Origin: Thermodesulfovibrionales bacterium
Lineage (GTDB): Bacteria > Nitrospirota > Thermodesulfovibrionia > Thermodesulfovibrionales > SM23-35
Assembly: GCA_963715195.1 (NCBI GenBank)
Contig: CAVQRT010000007.1
Span: 64,001 to 128,000 of the forward strand
Reading direction: 5' to 3'
DNA: 64,000 nt
Part shown: piece by piece, positions 50,487 through 60,002 of the stretch
Layout of the letters: every line of letters begins with the position of its first letter
How positions within the stretch are numbered: position 1 is the stretch's first letter
Notes under the pieces: model-generated
The model's database searches: none
Seen by the model: only the letters and a program-made list of their open reading frames with translations
Told to the model about the DNA's origin: nothing
Program-made: the position numbers and the translations under genes

Positions 50487-51588
50487 AGGGCCTATCGCAG
50501 AGATCAGTCTTTCGGCGATAGCGCACAATCTCCACTCTGTTCAAACAATCGTAAACAAACGTCCGGTCATTGCTGTTGTCAAGGCAGATGCATACGGTCA
50601 TGGCGCAGCAGTTGTTTCAAAAAAACTTCTTGAAAAAGGAGTTTCCCACCTTGCAGTTGCCTTTGCGGGTGAAGCCCTGAACCTCAGGGAATCAGGCATA
50701 GATTCACCCATCCTGGTATTATTTGATCACGAAGACATCAGAGATTATTTCGATCATGATTTATTGCCGGTTGTTTCCTCGTTCGATACCGCCCGCAAGC
50801 TGTCCGAAGAGGCGAGGAAGAGGGCAGGCGTAATGAAAATTCATGTTAAAATCGATACAGGCATGGGAAGAATCGGATTCCATGGGGATCAGGTTATAGA
50901 AAATATCATGAGGATATCAGCCCTGCCGGGGCTCGAAATTACCGGGTTGATGAGCCATTTCTCCGAGGCTGATCTTGCAGACAGGTCTTACGCTGCAGTC
51001 CAGCTTGAGCGCTTCAACATAATCAGGAATGAACTGACAAAAAGAATGGGAAGGTCAGTCATGGCGCATATCGCAAACAGTGCGGCTGTCATGGCTTTTG
51101 AACAGGCATACCTGAATGCAGTAAGACCGGGGCTCATGCTGTATGGATATTCTCCATTTTCAGATAATTCTCCTCCGGGTCTTATCCCGGCGATGACAGT
51201 CAAGGCGAAGATTCTTGCTATTCGAAATCTGCAGGCTGGAACGCCGGTAAGCTATGGCAGAACATTTGTAACAAAACGGCCGAGCAAAATCGGTGTTCTC
51301 GCAATAGGTTATGCTGACGGCTACAACAGGCTTTTTTCGAACAATGCTCATGTTCTTGTGAGAGGAAAAAAGATTCCCGTGATCGGAAGAGTCTGCATGG
51401 ATTTAACGATGATCGATCTTACCGATGTCGGAGAAGTGGATACCGATGATAAAGCCGTCATTATCGGAAGGCAGGGAGATCTTGCCATTACGGCTGATGA
51501 ACTTGCCGTCAGGGCACAGACCATCTCATACGAAATCCTTATATCTCTTGGAAGCAGATCAAGGCGGGTCTATGTTGAAGATCATTGA
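50479..51588 (+). CDS. alr: Alanine racemase
   Basis: AVVKADAYGHG, KIDTGMGRIG, GYADG, GRVCMD. Confidence 0.97.
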   Translation: MIRGPIAEISLSAIAHNLHSVQTIVNKRPVIAVVKADAYGHGAAVVSKKLLEKGVSHLAVAFAGEALNLRESGIDSPILVLFDHEDIRDYFDHDLLPVVSSFDTARKLSEEARKRAGVMKIHVKIDTGMGRIGFHGDQVIENIMRISALPGLEITGLMSHFSEADLADRSYAAVQLERFNIIRNELTKRMGRSVMAHIANSAAVMAFEQAYLNAVRPGLMLYGYSPFSDNSPPGLIPAMTVKAKILAIRNLQAGTPVSYGRTFVTKRPSKIGVLAIGYADGYNRLFSNNAHVLVRGKKIPVIGRVCMDLTMIDLTDVGEVDTDDKAVIIGRQGDLAITADELAVRAQTISYEILISLGSRSRRVYVEDH

Positions 51589-52345
51589 GATTATCGGGAG
51601 AACGGTTATCAGATTCGCTGAAAATTTTGGCAGGATACTGATCCTTCTCTTTCTGACGATTAAACAATTACTTTTCCCTCCGTATGAAATCAGAAATACC
51701 TTTAAACAGATGCTTGAGATCGGAGTTCGCTCATTGCCGGTCGTACTCATTACGGCAATTTTTACCGGTATGGTTTTTGCGCTCCAGACATTCACAGGGT
51801 TCAAGAGGTTTGGTGCAGAAGCCCTTGTCGGTACGGTTGTTGCGCTCTCGGTGACGAGGGAGCTTGGTCCGGTCCTGACCGGTTTGATTGTTGCCGGAAG
51901 AGCAGGAGCGGCCATGGCAGCAGAGATGGGAACCATGAGGGTGACGGAGCAGATTGATGCCCTTGAAACGCTGGCTACAAATCCGGTGAAGTATCTGATC
52001 GTTCCTCGTTTTATTGCGGGTATCCTGATGCTGCCTGCGCTTACCATTGTCGCTGACATCACAGGCATCACAGGAGGTTATTTTGTTACGGTCGGACTTT
52101 TTAAGACAAGCTCAATTGTTTACTGGAACAGAACATGGGATTTTCTCGAAATGAGTGACATTTATAATGGTCTGATTAAAGCGGCTTTTTTCGGAGCTAG
52201 CATTTCATTAATCAGTTGCTACGAGGGTTTTTATACGCGAGGCGGAGCGGAGGGTGTGGGTAAGGCGACGACCGGTGCTGTCGTCCTGTCCTCAATGACG
52301 ATCCTGATATCCGACTACTTTCTCTCCGCGTGGTTGTTTAAATAG
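51572..52345 (+). CDS. mlaE: MlaE-family ABC permease
   Basis: RELGPVLT, AEMGTMRVTEQIDAL, GGAEGVGKATT. Confidence 0.92.
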   Translation: MLKIIEIIGRTVIRFAENFGRILILLFLTIKQLLFPPYEIRNTFKQMLEIGVRSLPVVLITAIFTGMVFALQTFTGFKRFGAEALVGTVVALSVTRELGPVLTGLIVAGRAGAAMAAEMGTMRVTEQIDALETLATNPVKYLIVPRFIAGILMLPALTIVADITGITGGYFVTVGLFKTSSIVYWNRTWDFLEMSDIYNGLIKAAFFGASISLISCYEGFYTRGGAEGVGKATTGAVVLSSMTILISDYFLSAWLFK

Positions 52346-52354
52346 GCTTACAAC

Positions 52355-53146
52355 ATGAACCGGTACGTAATCGAAATTATTGATCTCCATAAATCCTTCG
52401 GTACCAACTATGTTCTGAGAGGAGCTGATCTCGGGATTGAGAAGGGCGAGAACATGGTCATTATCGGAGGAAGCGGTTCAGGTAAAAGTGTGCTGCTGAA
52501 GCATATTATCGGGATACTGAAGCCGGACGAGGGAAAAGTCCTCATCAGCGGTGTTGATTTAACATCATTAAAAGAAGATGAACTCTATGCAGCAAGAAAA
52601 AAATTTGGTATGCTTTTTCAGATGTCTGCTCTGTTTGATTCGCTGTCTGTATGGGAGAATGTTGCCTTTGGAATTCTCAGGAACAAGAAAATGCCGGACA
52701 AAGAGGCAAAGGCTTTTGCCATAGAAAAACTGAGGTCTGTGGGGCTTGCCGGTGTGGAAGATCTGATGCCGGCAGAGCTTTCAGGGGGCATGAAGAAACG
52801 GGTTGGTCTTGCCCGGGCAATTGCCCATGAGCCTGAGATTTTGCTGTATGATGAACCTACGACCGGACTCGATCCCATCATGGCAGACGCAATCAATGAT
52901 CTCATTGTCGAGATGAAAAATAATCTGTCAGTGACCAGCGTTGCCATAACGCACGACATGAACAGCGCATATAAAATTGCGGATCGGATTGCGATGCTCT
53001 ATGAGGGAAAAATAATCGAAACCGGCAGTCCGGATGAAATCAAAAATACCTCAAATCCAATCGTAAGGCAGTTTATTACAGGGAGCGCATCAGGCCCAAT
53101 AAAGATACAAGGAGTGCATTATGAGGGGAATTTCAACAGAACTTAA
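52355..53146 (+). CDS. mlaF: MlaF-family ABC ATPase
   Basis: GGSGSGKS, LFDSL, ELSGGMKKRVGLARA, YDEPTTGLDP. Confidence 0.92.
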   Translation: MNRYVIEIIDLHKSFGTNYVLRGADLGIEKGENMVIIGGSGSGKSVLLKHIIGILKPDEGKVLISGVDLTSLKEDELYAARKKFGMLFQMSALFDSLSVWENVAFGILRNKKMPDKEAKAFAIEKLRSVGLAGVEDLMPAELSGGMKKRVGLARAIAHEPEILLYDEPTTGLDPIMADAINDLIVEMKNNLSVTSVAITHDMNSAYKIADRIAMLYEGKIIETGSPDEIKNTSNPIVRQFITGSASGPIKIQGVHYEGNFNRT

Positions 53147-54602
53147 GGTCGGATTATTCGCGGTCTTGGTCATAACAATTTTGACGTTCATGACATTCAA
53201 GGTTGGCGGCCTTTATTGGGTGAAAGAAGAAGGCAATATCTACTATATTTACTTCAAAAATATCGCTGGCCTTGATGAAAAGACGAAGATTAAAATTGCC
53301 GGTGTCGATGCAGGGTTCATCGAAAAAATTGAGCTGCAGAAAGGGTTAGCTAAGGTAACCGTTCGCGTGCAGAAAGGGGTCCTGTTGTTCAGCGATGCGA
53401 GTGCCGCTATCAAAGCCGCAGGCCTGCTGGGAGACAAATATCTTGAGGTAAAACCAGGTTCAAGAGAACCCGCCCTGAAGAACGGAGATACGATCCAGAA
53501 TGTGGTAGAAATCGTTGACATCGACGATTTGGTGAGAAAGCTCACGAACGTTTCTGAAAATATCAGTACACTCGTAACCGCTCTTAATGAATCACTCGGC
53601 ACCGAGGAGGCAAAACGGTCTCTGAGGGAAACGGTGACCAACCTGAGTCATATAACTGCAAATCTCAATGAGACCATCATCGTCAATGATGAAAAGCTGC
53701 GGAATGTTCTCGACAGCATCAAGACCCTGACTGCTTCTTTGAATGAGCTTGTCGACAAAAACAAGGAGCCAATAACTGATACAGTTGGTAACCTCAGGGA
53801 GTTCTCTTCCAATCTGAAGACCGATGGCCCTGAGCTGATCGCAAACCTGAATAAGGCGACCAAGGAACTGAAAGAGATGGTTGAGGAAAATAAGCCTGCT
53901 GTAAAAAGTGCTGTTGAATCCCTCGACAGGATTACCACACAGATTGATCAGGGAGAAGGAACACTGGGTAAGCTGGTTAAAGACGAACGGCTCTATGACA
54001 ACATTAATAAGGCAGCCGAAGGCGTGGAAAAGACCTTTGGAGCCATAGACAGGTTCAGGACGTTTATTACCTTTCAGGCAGAATATCTCAGCGAAATAGA
54101 AGACGGGAAGGGGTATTTCTATCTTACACTCCAGCCGCGACCTGACAGGTACTACATCCTTGGTGTAGTTGGAGATCCGCTTGGAAGAGTAACAACAACG
54201 GAGACTGTTACAACTGTTGATGGAATCACAACGCGGAAAAAAGAGTTGAAAACAAAGAAAGAAATAGAATTTACCGCCCAGTATGCAATGCGATATAAAG
54301 ACGTTGCTTTGCGTTTGGGATTGTTTGAAAACACTTTCGGAGCAGGAGCAGACTATTTCTTTCATGGAGATAGGGGAAGGGTAATGCTCGATGCATGGGA
54401 TTTTTCGAATGATGAAGAGTATTCGAAAAATCCTCATATAAAAGCAGGAGTTGATTATTTCATCTTCAAAAATTTATTTATATCTGCGGGTATTGATAAT
54501 GTTATGAATAGCAAATGGCGCGGCGGTTATGCGGGCTTAGGACTTAGGCTCGAGGATCAAGACCTGAAGTACATTATGGGAACGATTCCGGTAGTCAGAT
54601 AG
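53121..54602 (+). CDS. mlaD: Long MlaD/MCE protein with helical stalk and C-terminal beta-rich domain
   Basis: TM helix, MCE domain (GLLGDKY), helical region, GEGTLGKL, aromatic-rich beta-strand C-terminus. Confidence 0.87.
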   Translation: MRGISTELKVGLFAVLVITILTFMTFKVGGLYWVKEEGNIYYIYFKNIAGLDEKTKIKIAGVDAGFIEKIELQKGLAKVTVRVQKGVLLFSDASAAIKAAGLLGDKYLEVKPGSREPALKNGDTIQNVVEIVDIDDLVRKLTNVSENISTLVTALNESLGTEEAKRSLRETVTNLSHITANLNETIIVNDEKLRNVLDSIKTLTASLNELVDKNKEPITDTVGNLREFSSNLKTDGPELIANLNKATKELKEMVEENKPAVKSAVESLDRITTQIDQGEGTLGKLVKDERLYDNINKAAEGVEKTFGAIDRFRTFITFQAEYLSEIEDGKGYFYLTLQPRPDRYYILGVVGDPLGRVTTTETVTTVDGITTRKKELKTKKEIEFTAQYAMRYKDVALRLGLFENTFGAGADYFFHGDRGRVMLDAWDFSNDEEYSKNPHIKAGVDYFIFKNLFISAGIDNVMNSKWRGGYAGLGLRLEDQDLKYIMGTIPVVR

Positions 54603-54667
54603 ACGTGAGAGGAAAGAGAGTTGATGCTTCAGTAGATTATCTGTTTTAACGGAAAGGAGGTGAAGAA

Positions 54668-55063
54668 ATGAGAATCCCTTTCATAAAATATATCTCTTGG
54701 TACCTTGTTGTTTCTATGTTTTTCATCAGTATTGTGCCCCGGGTGGATGCTGGCCTGGTTCCGTCAAAAGTTATTCAGCTCGCTGCTGTGGACAGGGTTG
54801 AAGACCTTCATAAAATCCGGCAGGTGCTTGAAATGAAAGCAGTAAGCGCCCGGCTCGGACAGTTGGGACTTACCCCGGAAGAAGTCCAGCAAAGAATGGT
54901 ATCTCTCAGTGATCAGCAAATCCACCAGCTTGCGCTCCAGCTGGATGAGCTCAGAGTGGGACAGTCTGATGCTTTGGGAGTGATCATTGCTCTTCTTGTT
55001 ATTGTCATACTAGTCATTGTTATCCTGAAGCTCACAGGACATAAAGTTATCGTGACAAGATAG
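54668..55063 (+). CDS. PA2779 family protein
   Basis: Signal peptide, L..LGL.PEE...R..SLSD.QI.QLA, C-terminal TM helix; strong RBS aaggaggtg. Confidence 0.8.
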   Translation: MRIPFIKYISWYLVVSMFFISIVPRVDAGLVPSKVIQLAAVDRVEDLHKIRQVLEMKAVSARLGQLGLTPEEVQQRMVSLSDQQIHQLALQLDELRVGQSDALGVIIALLVIVILVIVILKLTGHKVIVTR

Positions 55064-55071
55064 TTTTAAAC

Positions 55072-55112
55072 AGGTACCCCCCTTTTCCCTCATTGATGAA
55101 AAGGGGGTACCT
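55072..55112 (+). terminator. Strong intergenic hairpin
   Basis: aggtaccccccttttc...gaaaagggggtacct. Confidence 0.65.
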
Positions 55113-55124
55113 ATTATTAGCATA

Positions 55125-55661
55125 TTGAGAATCTCACTCTTTTTCATATGTTGCATTACCGCACTTGCAATAATATCTGCTTGTGCGGCTCCTCAATTTA
55201 CACAACAAACACATGACGTTTATTTGATAGAATACGTGCCGTTTTATCCGCAGGAAGACTATCAGTGCGGTCCTGCTTCACTTGCAAGTGTCCTGGCCTA
55301 TTGGGATAGCAATGCTGACCCGGATGAAATCGCCAGGGAAATATTCAGTAAATCTGCCCGCGGCACCTTGACGATAGACATGATACTCTATGCTCAGAGG
55401 AAAGGATTTCATGCAGTACAAGTTAAGGGCAGCATTGAATCTTTGAGGAATTCCATAGATTCCCGATTTCCGCTTATTGTGCTTGTCGATTATGGAATAT
55501 CCGTCTTTCAGAGAAACCATTTCATGGTTATAACCGGATATACCAACGATGGCGTAATTGTGCATTCGGGGAAATCTCGAAACAAGTTCCTGCCGGAAAA
55601 AACGTTCCTGGCGGCATGGAAAAAGACAGATTACTGGGCACTGTTGATCAAAAAGCCGTGA
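55125..55661 (+). CDS. C39-like cysteine peptidase lipoprotein (PA2778-like)
   Basis: Lipobox ISAC, VPFYPQ..YQCGPASLA, HF.V.TGY, HSG. Confidence 0.82.
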   Translation: MRISLFFICCITALAIISACAAPQFTQQTHDVYLIEYVPFYPQEDYQCGPASLASVLAYWDSNADPDEIAREIFSKSARGTLTIDMILYAQRKGFHAVQVKGSIESLRNSIDSRFPLIVLVDYGISVFQRNHFMVITGYTNDGVIVHSGKSRNKFLPEKTFLAAWKKTDYWALLIKKP

Positions 55662-56137
55662 CGTATCCCGGTTTTTTCAAAAAGGGCCGTTTTCTTTTCT
55701 GTTTGCTGACTACTGCCTGCTACCTAATGTTGTTCGGGTGTGCCTTTCCGCGGATTATTGTCCTCGATGATCCATTGAGTCCCGAGGAACACCTGAATTT
55801 AGGTGTAGCGTACGAGCAGAGCCGGGAATATGACAGTGCCCTCAAAGAATTCGAGAAAGCATCGAAAAAACTTACTATCGCTTACCTGTATATGGGAAAC
55901 ATACATTTCCTGAGAAATGAGTACGAAGATGCGGAGTTCTACTACAAAAAAATGATTGAGATAGATCCGGAGAATGCGGATGCGTATAACAACCTCGCAT
56001 GGCTTTACTATGCAAAGAGGGAGAATCTGCAGGAGGCAGAAGGTTTGGCTCTGAAGGCGATTGACCTTAACCCGCTGAAGAAGGATATTTATGAAGACAC
56101 ACTGTTAAAGATTAGGGAAGTGATACAGGAAAAATGA
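55658..56137 (+). CDS. TPR-repeat lipoprotein
   Basis: LFGC lipobox; NLGVAYE and AYNNLAWLY TPRs; GTG start overlaps the peptidase stop. Confidence 0.8.
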   Translation: MTYPGFFKKGRFLFCLLTTACYLMLFGCAFPRIIVLDDPLSPEEHLNLGVAYEQSREYDSALKEFEKASKKLTIAYLYMGNIHFLRNEYEDAEFYYKKMIEIDPENADAYNNLAWLYYAKRENLQEAEGLALKAIDLNPLKKDIYEDTLLKIREVIQEK

Positions 56138-56229
56138 CGTATAGAACATTAACAATTACTTTATATAAAATTCATAACGAATTGAAATTGATAGTTATAT
56201 TTATAATAAAAACTGTATGGTAACAGGGA

Positions 56230-56365
56230 TGTCACTCCGGCTCGTCCGGAATGACATTTTTTGATACCTCTCAGCTCTGCTGCGGGGTGATTCATTGCAA
56301 AAGGCATTAACCGAAATAATTCTCTCCTCGGCAAGTCGCTGAGGGGACGCGATAAGCGGGAATGA
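56230..56365. repeat. Mosaic of three palindromic elements upstream of rlmN
   Basis: tgtcactccggctcgtccggaatgaca (56230-56256); gatacctctcagctctgctgcggggtgattcatt (56263-56296); attct...cgataagcgggaatga (about 56319-56365). Confidence 0.65.
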
Positions 56366-56412
56366 AAGAATATCGACAATCTTGACTTTAAAGCTAAATT
56401 TCGAAAAATTTT

Positions 56413-57465
56413 TTGAAAATTATAAATCTTAAAACACTCGATAAAGAAGGTGTTCACCGTTTTATCGAGTGTCTGCATCTCCCACGGTACAGGGCTGATC
56501 AACTCCTGCTGAGACTGTACAGGAAACACGCAGTTGACATTGAAGAAATCACCGAGTTTTCCAAAGAACTCCGTACCGTTTTAAAAACTGTCGCTTATAT
56601 CAGCAATCTGAAGCTGGTCAATCAGGTTACATCATCTGACAATACAGATAAATTTCTCTTTGCCCTTGAAGATGGCCAGACGGTAGAGAGCGTATTGATT
56701 TCAGATAAGGAACGCCTTACGCTCTGCATATCTTCCCAGGTGGGATGTGCCATGGGGTGTCTTTTTTGTCAGACGGCAAGATGCGGCTTTGTAAGAAATC
56801 TGAAATCGTATGAAATTATTGACCAGATTATTGCTGTCAACAGAGTCATTCACCCGAAGAGAGTGACCAACGTTGTTCTCATGGGGATGGGAGAGCCTCT
56901 CGCGAATTTCGATTGGGTTGTTGATGCCCTCTGGAAGATTGTTGAGTTGCTTGGAATTTCCAAGCGAAAAATAACTCTCTCGACTGCGGGGCTTGTGCCG
57001 AAACTGCTCATGCTGCCCAGGAAGGCCCCGGATATCAACCTTGCTATTTCCCTGAATGCAACCACCGATGAAGTCAGAAATAGAATCATGCCTGTAAATA
57101 GACGATATCCAATACAAAAGCTCCTCGATGCTTGCGGGAGATATCCCCTTCCCCCTGGAAGAAGGATAACATTTGAATACGTTATGATTGATGGACTGAA
57201 TGATTTCTCCGAGGATGCCCGCAGGCTTGTAAAGCTCCTCTCGGGAATACGGTGCAAGATCAACCTTATACCGCTGAATCCTTTTTTGGGCTGTGAGCTG
57301 AAAAGGAGTCCGGATGAACGGGTTCATACTTTTCAGAAGATACTCTTGCAGCATAAAACGAGGGCATTTATCCGTGAGAGCAGGGGGCGGGATATCTGCG
57401 CAGCCTGCGGTCAGTTGCGGGCGAACAGGAGTAATCTGCAGACGGTGAACGAAAGATCAGTATGA
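56413..57465 (+). CDS. rlmN: 23S rRNA/tRNA m2A methyltransferase RlmN
   Basis: CISSQVGCAMGCLFC, MGMGEP, ISLNA, AACGQL. Confidence 0.95.
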   Translation: MKIINLKTLDKEGVHRFIECLHLPRYRADQLLLRLYRKHAVDIEEITEFSKELRTVLKTVAYISNLKLVNQVTSSDNTDKFLFALEDGQTVESVLISDKERLTLCISSQVGCAMGCLFCQTARCGFVRNLKSYEIIDQIIAVNRVIHPKRVTNVVLMGMGEPLANFDWVVDALWKIVELLGISKRKITLSTAGLVPKLLMLPRKAPDINLAISLNATTDEVRNRIMPVNRRYPIQKLLDACGRYPLPPGRRITFEYVMIDGLNDFSEDARRLVKLLSGIRCKINLIPLNPFLGCELKRSPDERVHTFQKILLQHKTRAFIRESRGRDICAACGQLRANRSNLQTVNERSV

Positions 57466-57625
57466 ATGAATCTGTTGTCATACACAGCCCCTTATCTCTT
57501 TTTCTGCCGGATCGCGATCAGAAGAATTGCAACACTTCTCGAATATGCATAGTGATAAGAGCATTGCTATCTCCGGAAATCAGTTCTATACAAACCTTTC
57601 GTCATCGATCTGCCAGAGGTATAGG

Positions 57626-58531
57626 TTATGATTGTGAGAAGACAGCCTCAAGCGCCTTCTTCAAATTACCATAGTCAAACTTGAACTGGATATTGTTCAA
57701 TTTCGCGGGGATTACCTTCTGGCTATTTGTTAGTTCATTCGCCAGATCTTTTATGAACGGCCTGACAAGGGCAACAGGGAACGGTATAACAATAGCTTTG
57801 TGGTATATCCGGAGATGATCCAGCAATTCACGAAAACGAACTGGTTGGGGAGAGCAGGCATTCACAGGGCCTGAAAGGCGTTCATCAGCAATTGCGGTTT
57901 CATATATATGGATAAGATCATCCATATGAATCCAGGGAAACCAGTTCTGACCTGAACCAAACTGCAGAGTGAACCCGAATCTCATGGATTTCACGAGCTT
58001 TCCGAGAAAGCCACCCCTCCTGTCAAGAACAGGTGCTGTCCTCAACTGAACTGAACGTATTCCTAAGGTTTCTGCTCGGCGTGCTTCGTTTTCCCATGCA
58101 ATACAGACATCTGCAAGGAAACCCTTTCCATGTGACGCAGTCTCATCAACTTCATTTTCACCCTTGTTTCCATAGAAGCCGACCGCGGAAGCGGAGACGA
58201 ACGTCCTGGGTTTTTGTTCAAGTGCAGAGACAAAATCTATGAGTTTCTTGTTGACGGTAATACGGCTTTCCCAGATCGCCTTTTTATACTCTTCTGTCCA
58301 GAGTGTCAGGATATCCTTACCGCTCAGGTTAATAATGGCATCTGTTTCCATAAACCATCGCTTTTCAAAAAGACCGGTGTCGAGAAGGTTGACGACAAAC
58401 GACTGCAATTTCGGGGAGGTTACCCCCGACTGATTTCTGTCGAGAATGACAACTTCGTATCCTTTCCCGAGGAGATGACGTGCGAGGCGCTGGCCAATGA
58501 AACCTCCGCCACCGCATATGATTACTTTCAT
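57626..58531 (-). CDS. TIGR01777-family NAD-dependent epimerase/oxidoreductase
   Basis: GGGGFIG, SASAVGFYG, WE, G.GQNWFPWIH.DD, GPVNACSP. Confidence 0.88.
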   Translation of the reverse strand: MKVIICGGGGFIGQRLARHLLGKGYEVVILDRNQSGVTSPKLQSFVVNLLDTGLFEKRWFMETDAIINLSGKDILTLWTEEYKKAIWESRITVNKKLIDFVSALEQKPRTFVSASAVGFYGNKGENEVDETASHGKGFLADVCIAWENEARRAETLGIRSVQLRTAPVLDRRGGFLGKLVKSMRFGFTLQFGSGQNWFPWIHMDDLIHIYETAIADERLSGPVNACSPQPVRFRELLDHLRIYHKAIVIPFPVALVRPFIKDLANELTNSQKVIPAKLNNIQFKFDYGNLKKALEAVFSQS

Positions 58532-58890
58532 GGGCTATTATATCAAGAATCATCGAAAAGAACGTTTGCCTTTCATAGTCCAGATTCGTGAACATAATTG
58601 CATCTATAGCAATGAAGACTGTTCAGATGCTGATACACTATGGTAATCTTATCATCATTGTTCGTAACAAAATACTCTTCTTGAGCACAGATCAATCGGG
58701 TAGTATTTCTCATAATCTGCACTTCGAGGTAGGCGCATCATAACAGGAAACGGACATGATGTACTAAGATTACTTTATGAAGCCTCATAGAAAATCGATT
58801 AAAGGAGTTGTAACGGCAAACAGCGTATTAGGCAGATATTATTTTTGCTCATGATTCCTATTTTGGTATACTGAGGAGGAAAAACAGGTC

Positions 58891-59292
58891 ATGAAACTGA
58901 AAGATTATCTTGAAGAGCAAAACGGGATCAGCATTCTTTCCACGGCAGACCGGGATGGTAAGTTGACGACTGCAATATATTCCAAGCCGCGTGTTATGGA
59001 GAACAATAGCATTGCATTCATTATGAGAGAACGTCTCACATATCATAACCTTCAGAGCAATCCATATGCCGCTTATATGTTTATTGAAGGCAGTGCAGGC
59101 TATCGGGGAATAAGGCTTTTTCTCAGGAAAATCAGAGAGGATAATGATCCTGAAGTCATCGCAAAGATGACCCGGCGGAGTCTTACACCCGAGGAAGACA
59201 AAGAGAAAGGGCCAAAGCATCTCGTTGTTTTTCACATTGAAAGAATTCTTCCACTCATTGGCGCCGGAGAGAGTTTTGTAACTCTTGCATGA
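58891..59292 (+). CDS. Pyridoxamine 5'-phosphate oxidase family FMN-binding protein
   Basis: LSTADRDG, SKP, T.HNL..NP.A.Y, GIRL.L. Confidence 0.78.
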   Translation: MKLKDYLEEQNGISILSTADRDGKLTTAIYSKPRVMENNSIAFIMRERLTYHNLQSNPYAAYMFIEGSAGYRGIRLFLRKIREDNDPEVIAKMTRRSLTPEEDKEKGPKHLVVFHIERILPLIGAGESFVTLA

Positions 59293-59418
59293 TTTTAAAG
59301 AGAATCATGAAGGACAGAAGAAGGGATTATAGAAATGTTATGTAGATATTTGATGGCAGCCAGCACCCTCCAACAATTGCCATCTTCATTATTAAATGAT
59401 TATTGTGCCCGGCAACCT

Positions 59419-59802
59419 TTATTGAGCCGCTTCCTCCATGGCATCCAAAATGACTTTCTCAACTTCCTCAGCTATGTTTTTTAACTCAGGATTTGGGTAC
59501 ATTGAAAGCATGATTGTTGGCTTTATGGTTGAAAGTTTGGTTTTATTATTTTCTGTGAAAATTGAAATACGGCAAGGCAAAGCTGTTGATATTTCAGCAT
59601 TTGCCTCTAAAACTCTTTTAGCTTGCAGAGGATTACATACTTCAAAGATCCTACATTCCTTGTTTAATTCAACGCCTTTCTTTGCCAATGTTTCTTTCAG
59701 GTTGTGAACTGTAAGAACACCAAAATTTCGCTTTTTAATAGCCTCTTCAAGACTTACGCCTACTTCATCAATATCCTTGGAAGATTCAATTGTATACAGC
59801 AT
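59419..59802 (-). CDS. DUF302 domain protein
   Basis: FGVL, IFEVCNP..A, ALPCRI. Confidence 0.9.
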   Translation of the reverse strand: MLYTIESSKDIDEVGVSLEEAIKKRNFGVLTVHNLKETLAKKGVELNKECRIFEVCNPLQAKRVLEANAEISTALPCRISIFTENNKTKLSTIKPTIMLSMYPNPELKNIAEEVEKVILDAMEEAAQ

Positions 59803-60002
59803 ATTACAACACCTCGCTCTTTCTTAATCGTTGATAAACACATTGAAATACTTCAAATTATTTTAAGAGATCTTAAGAGGTTATCTCTCTCACGGTCATG
59901 GAAAAAATGAGATTAGGAATATCAATGTGTAACACGCACAATTATATCAGATTTCTATGGCGTGAACCTAGTCGGCTGTTGCATCTTGGGGATCACATAA
60001 AT

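Noticed and set aside
53592..54437. Long antisense ORFs (here and at e.g. 56701-57354, 2967-3524, 46914-47456)
   Set aside because: Shadows of well-supported genes on the opposite strand, with no recognisable motifs.
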